63,949 nucleotides of DNA, filler included, from Candidatus Woesearchaeota archaeon (GCA_018221205.1; 8 parts of 8 records of this genome joined end to end with filler, not necessarily neighbours in it); one strand, 5' to 3'. Shown: positions 1 to 8,850, counted from the whole stretch's first letter. Made by a program: numbers and translations. The notes: generated from the sequence alone by a model not told the origin.

Positions 1-188
1 TATGCTTTTGTCCGTGCTTCTCCAGCAACATGGACCGAACCTGTTGTTGTCAAACACTCTGCTGCACACCGTGATTCTGGATCCTGCTTGAGCATCTCAT
101 CAAGGATCGCGTCTGACACTTGATCGGCTATTTTATCGGGGTGGCCTTCCGTCACGCTCTCCGATGTAAAGTAACTTATTTTAGTCAT
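1..188 (-). CDS. metK: S-adenosylmethionine synthetase, bacterial/eukaryotic type; N-terminal part only, runs off the window
   Basis: Manual translation [50 protein letters not shown] contains the FTSESV-x-EGHPDK signature. A GGAGGT SD lies upstream, and the ATG overlaps the endonuclease stop (ATGA). Not in the ORF track. Confidence 0.95.
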   Translation of the reverse strand, partial: MTKISYFTSESVTEGHPDKIADQVSDAILDEMLKQDPESRCAAECLTTTGSVHVAGEARTKA

Positions 189-1042
189 TTTGTTTTACCT
201 CCTATATGAATATCATAAATTTTCTGCTTCCTCTCTAGGAAAATTGTAGCACCATCATATACATATTGCGCTAATTTTTTTCCTCGAGAGCAGGAATATT
301 GGAGAACATATACATTCTTACCAACTTTTCTAATATTTGCATTTATTCCAATTTTGTGAAGTATGACTTTTCTGAAATCTTCGCAAAAGTCTATTGAACC
401 AGATGCGATAGTTATTTCAAAGTAGGGGCTCCTTTTTCTCTGAACGTATCTAACATTGCCATCACCATCGATCACACCCCTAATGAAATGCCTTAATTGA
501 TTGTTTGGTATGTTTGGGAACCTTGCAGTGAGTGTTTTTCTAGGCAGTATTCCTAAGTTCATTAATCTTTTGCATAAATATTTACTATTCACAATTAAGC
601 GATATGAGTTCGTTTTAGGTGAATAAATTAAAGGTTTTGAACTTGATAGGATACCCCTAATTTTCTCCAGATGTGATCTATCCTTTGAAGCCGCAGTTAA
701 TGTCATGGCCCAATAACTTTTATTTTCATTCCATGAAATATTGCCATCTGCCATAATCAGACCTAGGATATATGTTGAATGCTCATTAAATGAATCAAAG
801 AACCGTTCATTTGCAGTATGGTTTTTATGTATTAGTCCTTCTTCGCGAGACCACCTATTTACTGTAGTTTTGCCTATCTTTAATCTCCGAGCAATCTCTC
901 TTTGAGAAATCCTCTCGAAATTGCTTCTAATATATGGTAAAAGTTCTTTCTTTTTCATCAAAGGAATTTTATTTGCCATAGATATACACTTCTGGGCAAG
1001 TGGAATTCTAAAAGAAAGTACTATCTCATTGTTAAAAAGCAT
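185..1042 (-). CDS. Free-standing LAGLIDADG homing endonuclease with N-terminal HTH (true start may be 979 or 958)
   Basis: Two motifs, [10 protein letters not shown] and [32 protein letters not shown]; visibly AT-rich; no intein splicing blocks. Confidence 0.9.
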   Translation of the reverse strand: MLFNNEIVLSFRIPLAQKCISMANKIPLMKKKELLPYIRSNFERISQREIARRLKIGKTTVNRWSREEGLIHKNHTANERFFDSFNEHSTYILGLIMADGNISWNENKSYWAMTLTAASKDRSHLEKIRGILSSSKPLIYSPKTNSYRLIVNSKYLCKRLMNLGILPRKTLTARFPNIPNNQLRHFIRGVIDGDGNVRYVQRKRSPYFEITIASGSIDFCEDFRKVILHKIGINANIRKVGKNVYVLQYSCSRGKKLAQYVYDGATIFLERKQKIYDIHIGGKTK

Positions 1043-1094
1043 TTGTACCTCTTATTCGAAAGATTTCTGATGTAAAGTATGTTATTTTTGCCAT
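1032..1094 (-). pseudogene. Vestigial original 5' end of metK (20-codon [23 protein letters not shown])
   Basis: GGAGGG SD followed by ATG. The first 10 codons match the metK start (8/10 aa, 24/30 nt), then the sequence diverges. Confidence 0.8.
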
Positions 1095-1208
1095 AGTAAA
1101 CCCTCCATCTGACACTCCTAAAAATAGAGCTTTAAATAGCTTTTTGTTCCTAATATTCTGATACGAATATTGCAAATTATTATATAGTTGAACACCTTGG
1201 ATGAGGAT

Positions 1209-1622
1209 ATGATAGCAAAAAAGGAATGGTTCAAGCCCCGCATACTCGGATGGGGCCTTTATCCTAAGATGTGGGAGGGATGGGCCTATATTTTCATAGC
1301 TGTCTTTCTGTTCATCGGTGCACTGAATCTCCCTGTGCAGGATGAGACCAAAACTCTCATTGCAGGCATCATCCTGGCTGTCTTTATCTTTGATACTTTG
1401 ATCGTGATGGTACAAGTCTATCGGAATCTTACTCCGGAGGAGAAGAAAAAGCAATATATCATGGAAGCTACTGCCAGCTATGTCGGTGTGACTGCTTTGG
1501 TGATTGCCTTGCTCTACAGGATTCTGGTGGAGAAGCAAATTGATTATCTTTTGATTGCAGTCCTTGTTGCAATGGCATTAGCTAAAGGCGCGACTGCTTA
1601 TTCCAAAAGTAATAAAAACTAG
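1209..1622 (+). CDS. Small integral membrane protein, about 4 TM
   Basis: WFKPRILGWGLYPKMWEGW motif followed by hydrophobic helices. Confidence 0.7.
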   Translation: MIAKKEWFKPRILGWGLYPKMWEGWAYIFIAVFLFIGALNLPVQDETKTLIAGIILAVFIFDTLIVMVQVYRNLTPEEKKKQYIMEATASYVGVTALVIALLYRILVEKQIDYLLIAVLVAMALAKGATAYSKSNKN

Positions 1623-1640
1623 GACAGATTATTCTTAGAC

Positions 1641-2189
1641 ATGGTCTTTACTATCAAGCAGATAAAGGATATCAGGAAGAAAGTAGGTATGACACAGTTC
1701 CAGCTTGCGAAGCATGCCCAGGTGAGCCAGAGCCTTATCGCAAAGGTAGAATCCGGTAAATTGGATCCGACGTATTCTAATGCCATGAAGATCATCGATG
1801 CATTGAATGATGTGAGCGAAAAGAAGGAGCATAAGGCAGATGAACTGATGAGCAAAAGCGTCATTTCCGTCTCCCCTACTGCACCTGTCAAAGATGCTAT
1901 CACCAAGATGAGGAAGCATGGTTTTTCCCAGCTGCCGGTCATTACGCAGCATAAGGCTGTAGGGATGATCACTGAGTCAACAATCCTTGATTCATTTCTT
2001 GGGCATAAAGGGAACGGAGTGGAGGACATCATGGAAAGTCCTCCTCCGGTTGTCAGCCATGACACCCCTATGGGCATGTTGACTCAACTTATCCGTTACA
2101 TACCTATGGTGCTGGTGTCGAGAAAAGGCAGACTTGTGGGTGTCATCACCAAAGCAGACATCCTCTCTAAGATGTATACCTCACCGTAA
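1641..2189 (+). CDS. XRE-HTH plus CBS-pair transcriptional regulator
   Basis: HTH TQFQLAKHAQVSQSLIAKVESG and two CBS domains (FSQLPV, LVGVITKADIL). Confidence 0.9.
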   Translation: MVFTIKQIKDIRKKVGMTQFQLAKHAQVSQSLIAKVESGKLDPTYSNAMKIIDALNDVSEKKEHKADELMSKSVISVSPTAPVKDAITKMRKHGFSQLPVITQHKAVGMITESTILDSFLGHKGNGVEDIMESPPPVVSHDTPMGMLTQLIRYIPMVLVSRKGRLVGVITKADILSKMYTSP

Positions 2190-2891
2190 ATTCTTTATCT
2201 TTCCGAAATCATACACTTTATCGCCGACGATAAATGCTTTGAACTGATCAATATCCTCCACAAAAGGGCTTAGATGATTCTCTTGCAGGACATCAGAGCC
2301 TTCCTGCACTGGTGTAAAAGCAGGCAAGACAATGAGATTATATCTTTTCCACTTTCCTTTGAGAAAGCACTTGAACTTCTCTGTTCTCGGGCCATCCTCT
2401 AATCTGATAGCAGGGTGCTCATGGCCGATGATGATTGTTTTGATCTTCTTTTGCTTGAGGAAGCGCTCTTCTACCAGATTATGGCCATGGACGATGAGGA
2501 TGTCTTTGAGGATCTCATGATCTTTTACTATAATATTCCTCTTTTTTGCTATCGGCCCTAGAATAGTATCATGATTTCCTCTTATCAGGATAAGTTTTTC
2601 ACATCTTTTTGCAAGAAAGTCTATCAATCTTAATGTATGACGCCATTCAGTCTCGGATATGGTGCCGAATTCATGCTTCAGGTCACCATTGATGATTATT
2701 CTTTTTAATTTGGGCAATGATGTGAACATTCCTTCCAAAGTCTTTGTCAGATCCTTGAACTGGAATCTCGGAACCAATACTCCTTTTTTGTTCAATGCCT
2801 CTTCATAGCCGACATGGATATCTGAGATGATCAGAGAGTCTTGAGTAAGCAGACCAAGTCCGAAGATTTCAATTCCTTTTTGAATTTCCAT
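2181..2891 (-). CDS. Calcineurin-like metallophosphoesterase (archaeal ICC-like)
   Basis: SDIHVG, NGDLKH, GNHD, HGH and GHEHP motifs. Confidence 0.9.
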   Translation of the reverse strand: MEIQKGIEIFGLGLLTQDSLIISDIHVGYEEALNKKGVLVPRFQFKDLTKTLEGMFTSLPKLKRIIINGDLKHEFGTISETEWRHTLRLIDFLAKRCEKLILIRGNHDTILGPIAKKRNIIVKDHEILKDILIVHGHNLVEERFLKQKKIKTIIIGHEHPAIRLEDGPRTEKFKCFLKGKWKRYNLIVLPAFTPVQEGSDVLQENHLSPFVEDIDQFKAFIVGDKVYDFGKIKNLR

Positions 2892-2934
2892 AATTCTTGG
2901 ATAATGGTCGTGTATAAAAATCTGCTGGCAAAAG

Positions 2935-3103
2935 GAAAACATTTAAATACTACATAATGAGTTTTATCTAATCCGATTTCCGTCGGAGAGGAATGGTTTT
3001 TATCGTAAAGAATGACTCAAACAGTGCGGACAAACACACCAACTTGTAGGTTGGATTCATTTGCGTATTCTCAAATATTTTTCAAACTCATGGAGGAGGA
3101 TGA
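2935..3103 (+). promoter_or_regulatory. BRE/TATA promoter followed by a ~130-nt structured leader with upstream ORFs
   Basis: GGAAAAC-A-TTTAAATA (TATA at 2942-2949); hairpins at 2972-2987 and 3039-3054; uORFs at 2993-3049 and 3012-3107. Confidence 0.5.
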
Positions 3104-3562
3104 ATGACCAGAACAATAATAAAAAAGAGCTACGATAAGCTCAAAGCAATTAAAGATAAGATTATGTGGACAAAGACAGAAGTAGGAAAACAAGTTGATC
3201 TTTCTAAGGTAAAGACAGACGGAAAGCATATTCGTGTGGAAGTATATAATGTACCGAGGGAGCTCACTTTTGATTACCATCTCTTTTACCGATTCCTTTC
3301 AGAACTGCCGGCTAAAGTGGGTATGGGTACGTTGACGCCGCCTATCATTGTTTCAGGCATCCCTACGAATCCAGGACTTACTGGTATTCTTGTTATCGAT
3401 TACTCTCATATCAGTTTTCATGCATTTGCGGAAAAGAACAGGATAAACTTTGATCTCTATTCCTGCAAAGATTTTGACCCTAACATTGTTATACAACACG
3501 CTGAACAGCATTTCAAGCTCAGCCGCGATAATATGATCATCAAGGAAGACTTCAGATTTTAG
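3104..3562 (+). CDS. Pyruvoyl-dependent decarboxylase of the AdoMetDC (SpeD) family
   Basis: GLTGILVIDYSHISFH and FDLYSCKDFD match the SpeD (E)SHxxxH and DxxSC motifs. Confidence 0.8.
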   Translation: MTRTIIKKSYDKLKAIKDKIMWTKTEVGKQVDLSKVKTDGKHIRVEVYNVPRELTFDYHLFYRFLSELPAKVGMGTLTPPIIVSGIPTNPGLTGILVIDYSHISFHAFAEKNRINFDLYSCKDFDPNIVIQHAEQHFKLSRDNMIIKEDFRF

Positions 3563-3571
3563 GTGTTTTTT

Positions 3572-3954
3572 ATGCATTATGGGGGGCCAGATATAGAACA
3601 TTGTACTTTTGACAAGGCTAAGATAGTGATTGTTCCAGTCCCTTATGACGGGACGAGTTCTTACGGTAAAGGGTCTGATAAAGGTCCGGAAGCGTTGATC
3701 CATGCATCTTCGCAGATGGAATTGTATGATATCGAGACTGATTCTGAAGCTTATTTAGAAGGTATTCATACTGATAAAGATGTTACTGAGAAATCTACTC
3801 CTGAGAAGATGGTGGAAGCGGTCAAGAAACGCGTTTCTGGACATCTTCAGCATGGTAAGTATGCCATTGTTCTCGGTGGAGAGCATTCAGTGAGCAACGG
3901 CACGATCCAGGCGCATGCTGAGAAGTTTGATGATCTTTCTGTGTTGCAGATCGA
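3572..3954 (+). CDS. speB: Agmatinase, truncated by the gap
   Basis: VPYDGTSSYGKGSDKGP and LGGEHS ureohydrolase motifs. Confidence 0.9.
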
Positions 3955-4054
3955 NNNNNNNNNNNNNNNNNNNNNNNNNNNNNNNNNNNNNNNNNNNNTT
4001 AATTAATTAANNNNNNNNNNNNNNNNNNNNNNNNNNNNNNNNNNNNNNNNNNNN
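3955..4054. other. Artificial contig spacer (others at 9007-9106, 13041-13140, 26051-26150, 39438-39537, 48603-48702, 54638-54737)
   Basis: Identical 100-nt N runs with a central TTAATTAATTAA, which gives stops in all six frames. Confidence 0.98.
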
Positions 4055-4179
4055 GAAAAGGAATCGATTCTTGACATTAATTGAGATTTTACTCAATCTT
4101 AAGCCAGTAACTTATTGATGATAAGTAACCACTGTCCTCCTCAGATAGTTTTATAAAGATGATTCGTTAAGAAAAGCGC

Positions 4180-4917
4180 ATGAAGGCGATAATTCTTGCA
4201 GGAGGCTATGCCAAACGGCTCTGGCCTTTGACAAAAGACACTCCCAAACCTTTGCTTAAGGTAGGAGACAAAGAGATCATTACCAGAATCATCGAAAAGA
4301 TCAATCTCGATCCAGGCATCGATGAGATAATCATCTCCACCAATGCTAAATTTGGGAAGAAATTCGAGGACTATCTGAAAGATCCTCCGACAAAGAAAAA
4401 GACAAGTTTGATTGTGGAGCCGACCATGGCAGAAGGCGAAAAACTCGGATCGATAGGCGGTCTGCAGTATATCATCGATCATATGAAGCTTGATCACGAT
4501 GCGCTGATCATCGGCGGAGACAATCTCTTTGAGTTCGACCTCAAGAATTTCATTGACTATCATAATAAACTAAAGGCAACAACAGTCGCACTGCGCGATA
4601 TCAAGGACAGGTCCAAACTGAAGAACTTTGGTGTCTGCGTCCTTGACAAGGACAAGAGGATCATCGAATTCCAGGAAAAACCCTCTGAGCCGAAATCAAC
4701 CTATGCATCTACAGCATGCTATGTGTTCACGAATGATGATCTGAAACTCATAAAGAGATATTTAGATGAAGGTAATTCTCCTGATGCCATGGGATTCTTC
4801 ATCACCTGGCTCATAAAAAAGAGCAAGGTCTATGGCTATCTCTTTGACGGCCTCTGGTATGATATCGGCAGCCTGGAAGGATTGGAAGAAGCAAGAAAGA
4901 TATATGCCAAAAAATAA
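4180..4917 (+). CDS. Sugar-phosphate nucleotidyltransferase (NDP-sugar synthase)
   Basis: ILAGGYAKRLWPLTKDTPKPLL, GDN, FQEKP and WYDIG motifs. Confidence 0.92.
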   Translation: MKAIILAGGYAKRLWPLTKDTPKPLLKVGDKEIITRIIEKINLDPGIDEIIISTNAKFGKKFEDYLKDPPTKKKTSLIVEPTMAEGEKLGSIGGLQYIIDHMKLDHDALIIGGDNLFEFDLKNFIDYHNKLKATTVALRDIKDRSKLKNFGVCVLDKDKRIIEFQEKPSEPKSTYASTACYVFTNDDLKLIKRYLDEGNSPDAMGFFITWLIKKSKVYGYLFDGLWYDIGSLEGLEEARKIYAKK

Positions 4918-4938
4918 GCATATTTTAACCATTCTAGA

Positions 4939-5253
4939 GTGATAAAAAAGAAAAAGCTTTTTAAAATAGATGAGTTGCCTAATCTTTTAAGCATGTTGAG
5001 AGGGGAAGTAAATCTTTTCGGTTACCGGCCAAGACCATGGAAAGAAGTAGCTGCACTGCCTGCAGATGTTCGGCGCATCAGGTCAAAGCATCGACCTGGA
5101 CTGGTAGATGCGATGGTAGGTTATCGTGGACCTATGGGCCTTGATTTTCTCGGCGCACACAGGCAATATGATGAAGATGTCAACAATGGTCATCGCTTCA
5201 GGCCTCTGAGCTATGCTATACGTGCCGCTGTCAAAGGAAAGCTTTTCGGCTGA
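4939..5253 (+). pseudogene. C-terminal fragment of a bacterial sugar (phosphoglycosyl) transferase
   Basis: IDELPNLLSMLRGEVNLFGYRP and RPGL resemble the Bac_transf DELPQLxNVLxGxMSLVGPRP motif; the N-terminal half is absent. Confidence 0.6.
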
Positions 5254-5354
5254 TATGTATAAAGAGATATTCTTAGAAGATAAGATAGAAGACTATGGGT
5301 GAGGCAGTGCCATTATTTGAAAAATTATATATAAGATAGTATCAAAAAACTCCT

Positions 5355-6095
5355 ATGGAAGAGAAAGAATGGAACAAATTAGCGTCCAAATATCATGAAG
5401 AGATCGTCAGCCCTTTCTATGGATCAGTAAAGAACCCGCTTATCAAGGAACTCAGAAAGATCAAAGGCAAGAAGAAGAGATCAGTGGCAGAGTTCGGCTG
5501 CGGCCTGTTCTATCTGATGGAAGAGTTGAAAGATTTCAAGAAGGTCCATGCCTCAGATTTCGCAGAGAACATGGTGAAAAAAGCCAAGAAAAAAAACAAG
5601 TATAAGCACATCTCGATAAAGAGAGAGGACATGAGGAAGATCCTCTATAAGGATGCTTTCGATATCATCATCAGCGTCAATGCATTGCTCATGCCCTCTC
5701 TTCCGGATATCAAGCAGTCAATCACTAATCTTCACAAGGCATTGAAAGAAAAAGGGACACTGTTCCTGATCCTACCGAGCATGGAAGCAGTGTTGTATCA
5801 TGGGCTGTTGATCCTTGATAACGAGCTCAAAGTGAAGCAGAAAGGTGCGGTCAAGAAAGCAAAACAGAGATTCGAGAACTCAAAATATGATCTGTTCTTA
5901 GGCCTCTATAAAGAAGGAGAAGAACATCAGAAATTCTATTACAAACATGAGATCCAATATTTCCTGAAGAAAGCAGGCTTCACCGATATATCATTCGAGA
6001 AAGTGCTCTATCCCTGGGACAAGAATGCATCTGATTACGAGCCTTTTCCAGGAGAAGAGCAGATATGGGATTGGTTTGTCAAGGCAACTAAATAA
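5355..6095 (+). CDS. Class I SAM-dependent methyltransferase
   Basis: VAEFGCGL motif I, ASDFAENM, FDIII. Confidence 0.8.
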   Translation: MEEKEWNKLASKYHEEIVSPFYGSVKNPLIKELRKIKGKKKRSVAEFGCGLFYLMEELKDFKKVHASDFAENMVKKAKKKNKYKHISIKREDMRKILYKDAFDIIISVNALLMPSLPDIKQSITNLHKALKEKGTLFLILPSMEAVLYHGLLILDNELKVKQKGAVKKAKQRFENSKYDLFLGLYKEGEEHQKFYYKHEIQYFLKKAGFTDISFEKVLYPWDKNASDYEPFPGEEQIWDWFVKATK

Positions 6096-6845
6096 TCATT
6101 CTCGATGGACATACATCTTGACAGCAGTGAAGATCATGATCAAGCCGAAGGTATACTCTAAGAAGGATGTAGGAAGGATATTGCTCAATACTGCCCCCAA
6201 AAATGCACCTACCAGGGCAGTAGGGACTATCCATCGCACTGTCTGGAAATTGAACTCATGAAAACGCTGCTTCAATACTGCCCCAAAGAGCGCAGTGGGA
6301 AAGATTACCAGAAGTGAAGTAGGGATAGCTTCTCTGATGCTGAAGCCGAAGAAAAGCGTGAGGAAAGGCACCAGCAGCACTCCTCCTCCGATACCGAAGA
6401 GAAAAGAGGCCATTCCTGCAAAAAGGCCGAGCAGGCCGAAAAGCAGAGGAGCATTTCCGTTCACCAATGACATGGTGGGGAGGTTGACCAATCCGATTAA
6501 TTTCAGCGACATGATGAGCAGCAAGATGACGAATAAGCGTACAAGGAGGTTGCTGTTCATACGATGCTCGATTCTGCTGATGAAGGCAACGCCTAGCAGC
6601 ATGCCGATGAGAAGATACACTCCATAGAGAAATTTGACATTCTGGATATGGAGGAATGCGTGGGTGAGAAAGCCGATGAACGCGATAGGAGCGATAGTAG
6701 CCAGAGAGGTCCCGGCTGCATCTTTTATCTTATAATTGAAGAGGATGACCAAAGCAGGGACAATAATGACTCCCCCGCCTATGCCCAGGGCAGCACTAAA
6801 TAATCCTTCAGCAAATCCAAGAAATAGGAATGGAGCTTTTCTCAT
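6096..6845 (-). CDS. TauE/SafE family membrane exporter
   Basis: Duplicated GIGGG(V)xxVP and A(x)GTSL repeats; about 8 TM. Confidence 0.9.
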   Translation of the reverse strand: MRKAPFLFLGFAEGLFSAALGIGGGVIIVPALVILFNYKIKDAAGTSLATIAPIAFIGFLTHAFLHIQNVKFLYGVYLLIGMLLGVAFISRIEHRMNSNLLVRLFVILLLIMSLKLIGLVNLPTMSLVNGNAPLLFGLLGLFAGMASFLFGIGGGVLLVPFLTLFFGFSIREAIPTSLLVIFPTALFGAVLKQRFHEFNFQTVRWIVPTALVGAFLGAVLSNILPTSFLEYTFGLIMIFTAVKMYVHRE

Positions 6846-6883
6846 ATCTCAGTTCTTAAAGAAATACTATAAAAAAGTGTTGA

Positions 6884-7015
6884 TTAATCCATGACAAGGC
6901 CGCATTTTTTGCAGAAAATCTCATTATCATGCCGCTCTATCTCACTAGAGCCGCATTCCGGACATTTTTTTGCGCCTTCTCCTTCGACACCTTGTAAAGA
7001 TTTTTGCGCTGCCAT
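6884..7015 (-). CDS. TFIIB-type zinc-ribbon microprotein, 43 aa
   Basis: Manual translation MAAQKSLQGVEGEGAKKCPECGSSEIERHDNEIFCKKCGLVMD. Confidence 0.75.
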   Translation of the reverse strand: MAAQKSLQGVEGEGAKKCPECGSSEIERHDNEIFCKKCGLVMD

Positions 7016-7153
7016 TCACTCTTCTCTTCTCGCGACTTCCTTCTTGCATTCGTCGCATTTCATATGGTGGTAAACCGTACCTGCTATCTCCTCATGGCGC
7101 AATTCTTTCATTCTTGCACCACAATCCTTGCATATTTTGTTGACAGGAGCCAT
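7016..7153 (-). CDS. Zinc-ribbon microprotein, 45 aa
   Basis: Manual translation MAPVNKICKDCGARMKELRHEEIAGTVYHHMKCDECKKEVARREE; GAGGTGGGG SD; its stop abuts the next ATG. Confidence 0.7.
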   Translation of the reverse strand: MAPVNKICKDCGARMKELRHEEIAGTVYHHMKCDECKKEVARREE

Positions 7154-7191
7154 TCCCCACCTCTCATTAATCCGTTCTAAGCTATATAAAA

Positions 7192-8568
7192 CTATCGCTC
7201 AAAGAGCTTTTTCCCTTCTCTTAATAGGGAATCAGTATACAATTCATCTTTTGAGTCAACAATCACTCTTGTTACTTTATCTTCGGTCTTGGACTGCCTG
7301 AACCATATCCAGCCTTTCTCGCCTATCGCCTTAAGGCCCCCACTCTCATCACCCGTTTCCTCAATGGTGAAGCCTTTGTCCAGATAGTGCTGTTTGATCC
7401 TCTCTCGTATATGGAAATCCTTCTTTATCTTCTCCTGTCTATAGAAATAAGAAGGCAGACCATCGATAAGTTCACTAAGTGATTTTTCTTTTCTCCCGAC
7501 CAGTGCAGCAATCTTGATTAGGGTGAGAATGCCGTCTCGGCATCTGGATGGAGGTAGTATGATTCCCCCATTAGAGCCCTCTCCACCGACAGGACTGTTG
7601 AAGGCGATCATCGTATCGACAACATTGATCTCTCCCACTTCCACTTCTTTCCACTTTGCATGATGATCATCCACAATATCCTTCACAACATAGCTTGTCG
7701 CATCATTGGCTACCACAGTCTCTTTCTCAGGGTCCTTCACTCTTGATAGAGCATCATCGACAATCAATGCGAGAAGCTCGCTTCCCCGGACAACTCCCTT
7801 TTCTGTGACCAATTCAACTCTGTCTGCATCGCAGTCAAATCCTGCTCCAAAATGCCCCTTGCTTATCTTCATTGAGGCTAATGATTTCTCATTCGGTTCA
7901 ATCAGCCTCTTGAATGTCCCTTCTTCCATATGGATATATTCGGCCTTGATGCCTAATTCGTCAAAGATCTCTTTGCAGACTGTTCCTGCCCCGCCATTAG
8001 GATCCACCCTTATCTTTGCTGTATCTCTAAGGGCATTTCTCTCCTCTTTCGATAAGAATCTGAGAAGGAACTTCTTATAGTGATGAAGGCAATCCTTATG
8101 CTTGATCTCAACCCTCTTGACCCTCTCCATCTTATTTTCCTTATAGAGCTTGCCCAAGAATTCCTCTTCCTCCAATTCATTGAATTGATGGAACAGGCCA
8201 ATCACTTGTTGGATATCCTTTGGCCGTAATACTGCGCCATCCTTATCAAGAAATTTAAAACCATTAAATTCTGGCTCATTATGCGAAGCAGTGATGATGA
8301 TGCCTCCATCTGCCTTGTATTTCCTGACTGCCAATTCCACAGCAGGAGTAGGTAATGCTCCAACATCAAGAATATCACAATCAAGACCTTCGATGAGCGC
8401 TTTTCTTAGCTGCTCTCCACTTTTCCTTGTATCCCTGCCGATAACAACCGTGATATCCTTCTTGTTCAAGAACTGGGCATACGAATAAGCATACCTCAAA
8501 GCAATATCATCAGTCAGATCCTTGCCATACACTCCTCTGATACCTGAAAAACTTTCCACTAAAGCCAT
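7192..8568 (-). CDS. Phosphohexomutase (PGM/PMM/GlmM family)
   Basis: SGIRG, TASHN and DCDADR motifs. Confidence 0.92.
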   Translation of the reverse strand: MALVESFSGIRGVYGKDLTDDIALRYAYSYAQFLNKKDITVVIGRDTRKSGEQLRKALIEGLDCDILDVGALPTPAVELAVRKYKADGGIIITASHNEPEFNGFKFLDKDGAVLRPKDIQQVIGLFHQFNELEEEEFLGKLYKENKMERVKRVEIKHKDCLHHYKKFLLRFLSKEERNALRDTAKIRVDPNGGAGTVCKEIFDELGIKAEYIHMEEGTFKRLIEPNEKSLASMKISKGHFGAGFDCDADRVELVTEKGVVRGSELLALIVDDALSRVKDPEKETVVANDATSYVVKDIVDDHHAKWKEVEVGEINVVDTMIAFNSPVGGEGSNGGIILPPSRCRDGILTLIKIAALVGRKEKSLSELIDGLPSYFYRQEKIKKDFHIRERIKQHYLDKGFTIEETGDESGGLKAIGEKGWIWFRQSKTEDKVTRVIVDSKDELYTDSLLREGKKLFER

Positions 8569-8604
8569 ACCGTTGAAGAGAATTAAAATGTTTATAAGGT
8601 TTAT

Positions 8605-8850
8605 CTAAATCTTTTTTTCTTGAAGCTCTGCCTTGAGCTGCAGCAGCTGTACCATCCGTAATGCAGAAATCTCTTCTTTCAACCTTTTTACTTCTGCTCT
8701 CGTCTCCTGGATAAGTTCATAATTATGGTCGATATTATCGGTATGCTCGTGAACAACATGAGGAACATCTCTGAGTTGGGTCAAGTCTCCATTAAACTGC
8801 TTAATCCAGCCATCAATGTCCGCCTTGAAAGACTCGAATTTTGCCGCCAT
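8605..8850 (-). CDS. Small coiled-coil hypothetical protein
   Basis: Clean ORF with heptad character and a TATA box upstream. Confidence 0.6.
   Translation of the reverse strand: MAAKFESFKADIDGWIKQFNGDLTQLRDVPHVVHEHTDNIDHNYELIQETRAEVKRLKEEISALRMVQLLQLKAELQEKKI

Noticed and set aside
185..1042. Intein or self-splicing intron in metK
   Set aside because: The endonuclease is out of frame with metK and has its own stop, with no N-terminal Cys/Ser or terminal His-Asn. I could not see a group I core or BHB motif, and the downstream metK has a complete start. Splicing is not formally excluded.
1032..1538. 168-aa minus-strand ORF
   Set aside because: Mostly antisense to the membrane protein gene; only the last 20 codons, which have their own SD, are meaningful.
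3560..3574. In-frame TAG between the SpeD-like gene and agmatinase (readthrough or pyrrolysine fusion)
   Set aside because: AGGTG is a good SD for the ATG at 3572, and TAG is an ordinary stop in other genes here.
3955..4054. Recurrent TTAATTAATTAA within N runs
   Set aside because: Artificial contig linker. ORFs containing X residues and gene adjacency across it are not biological.
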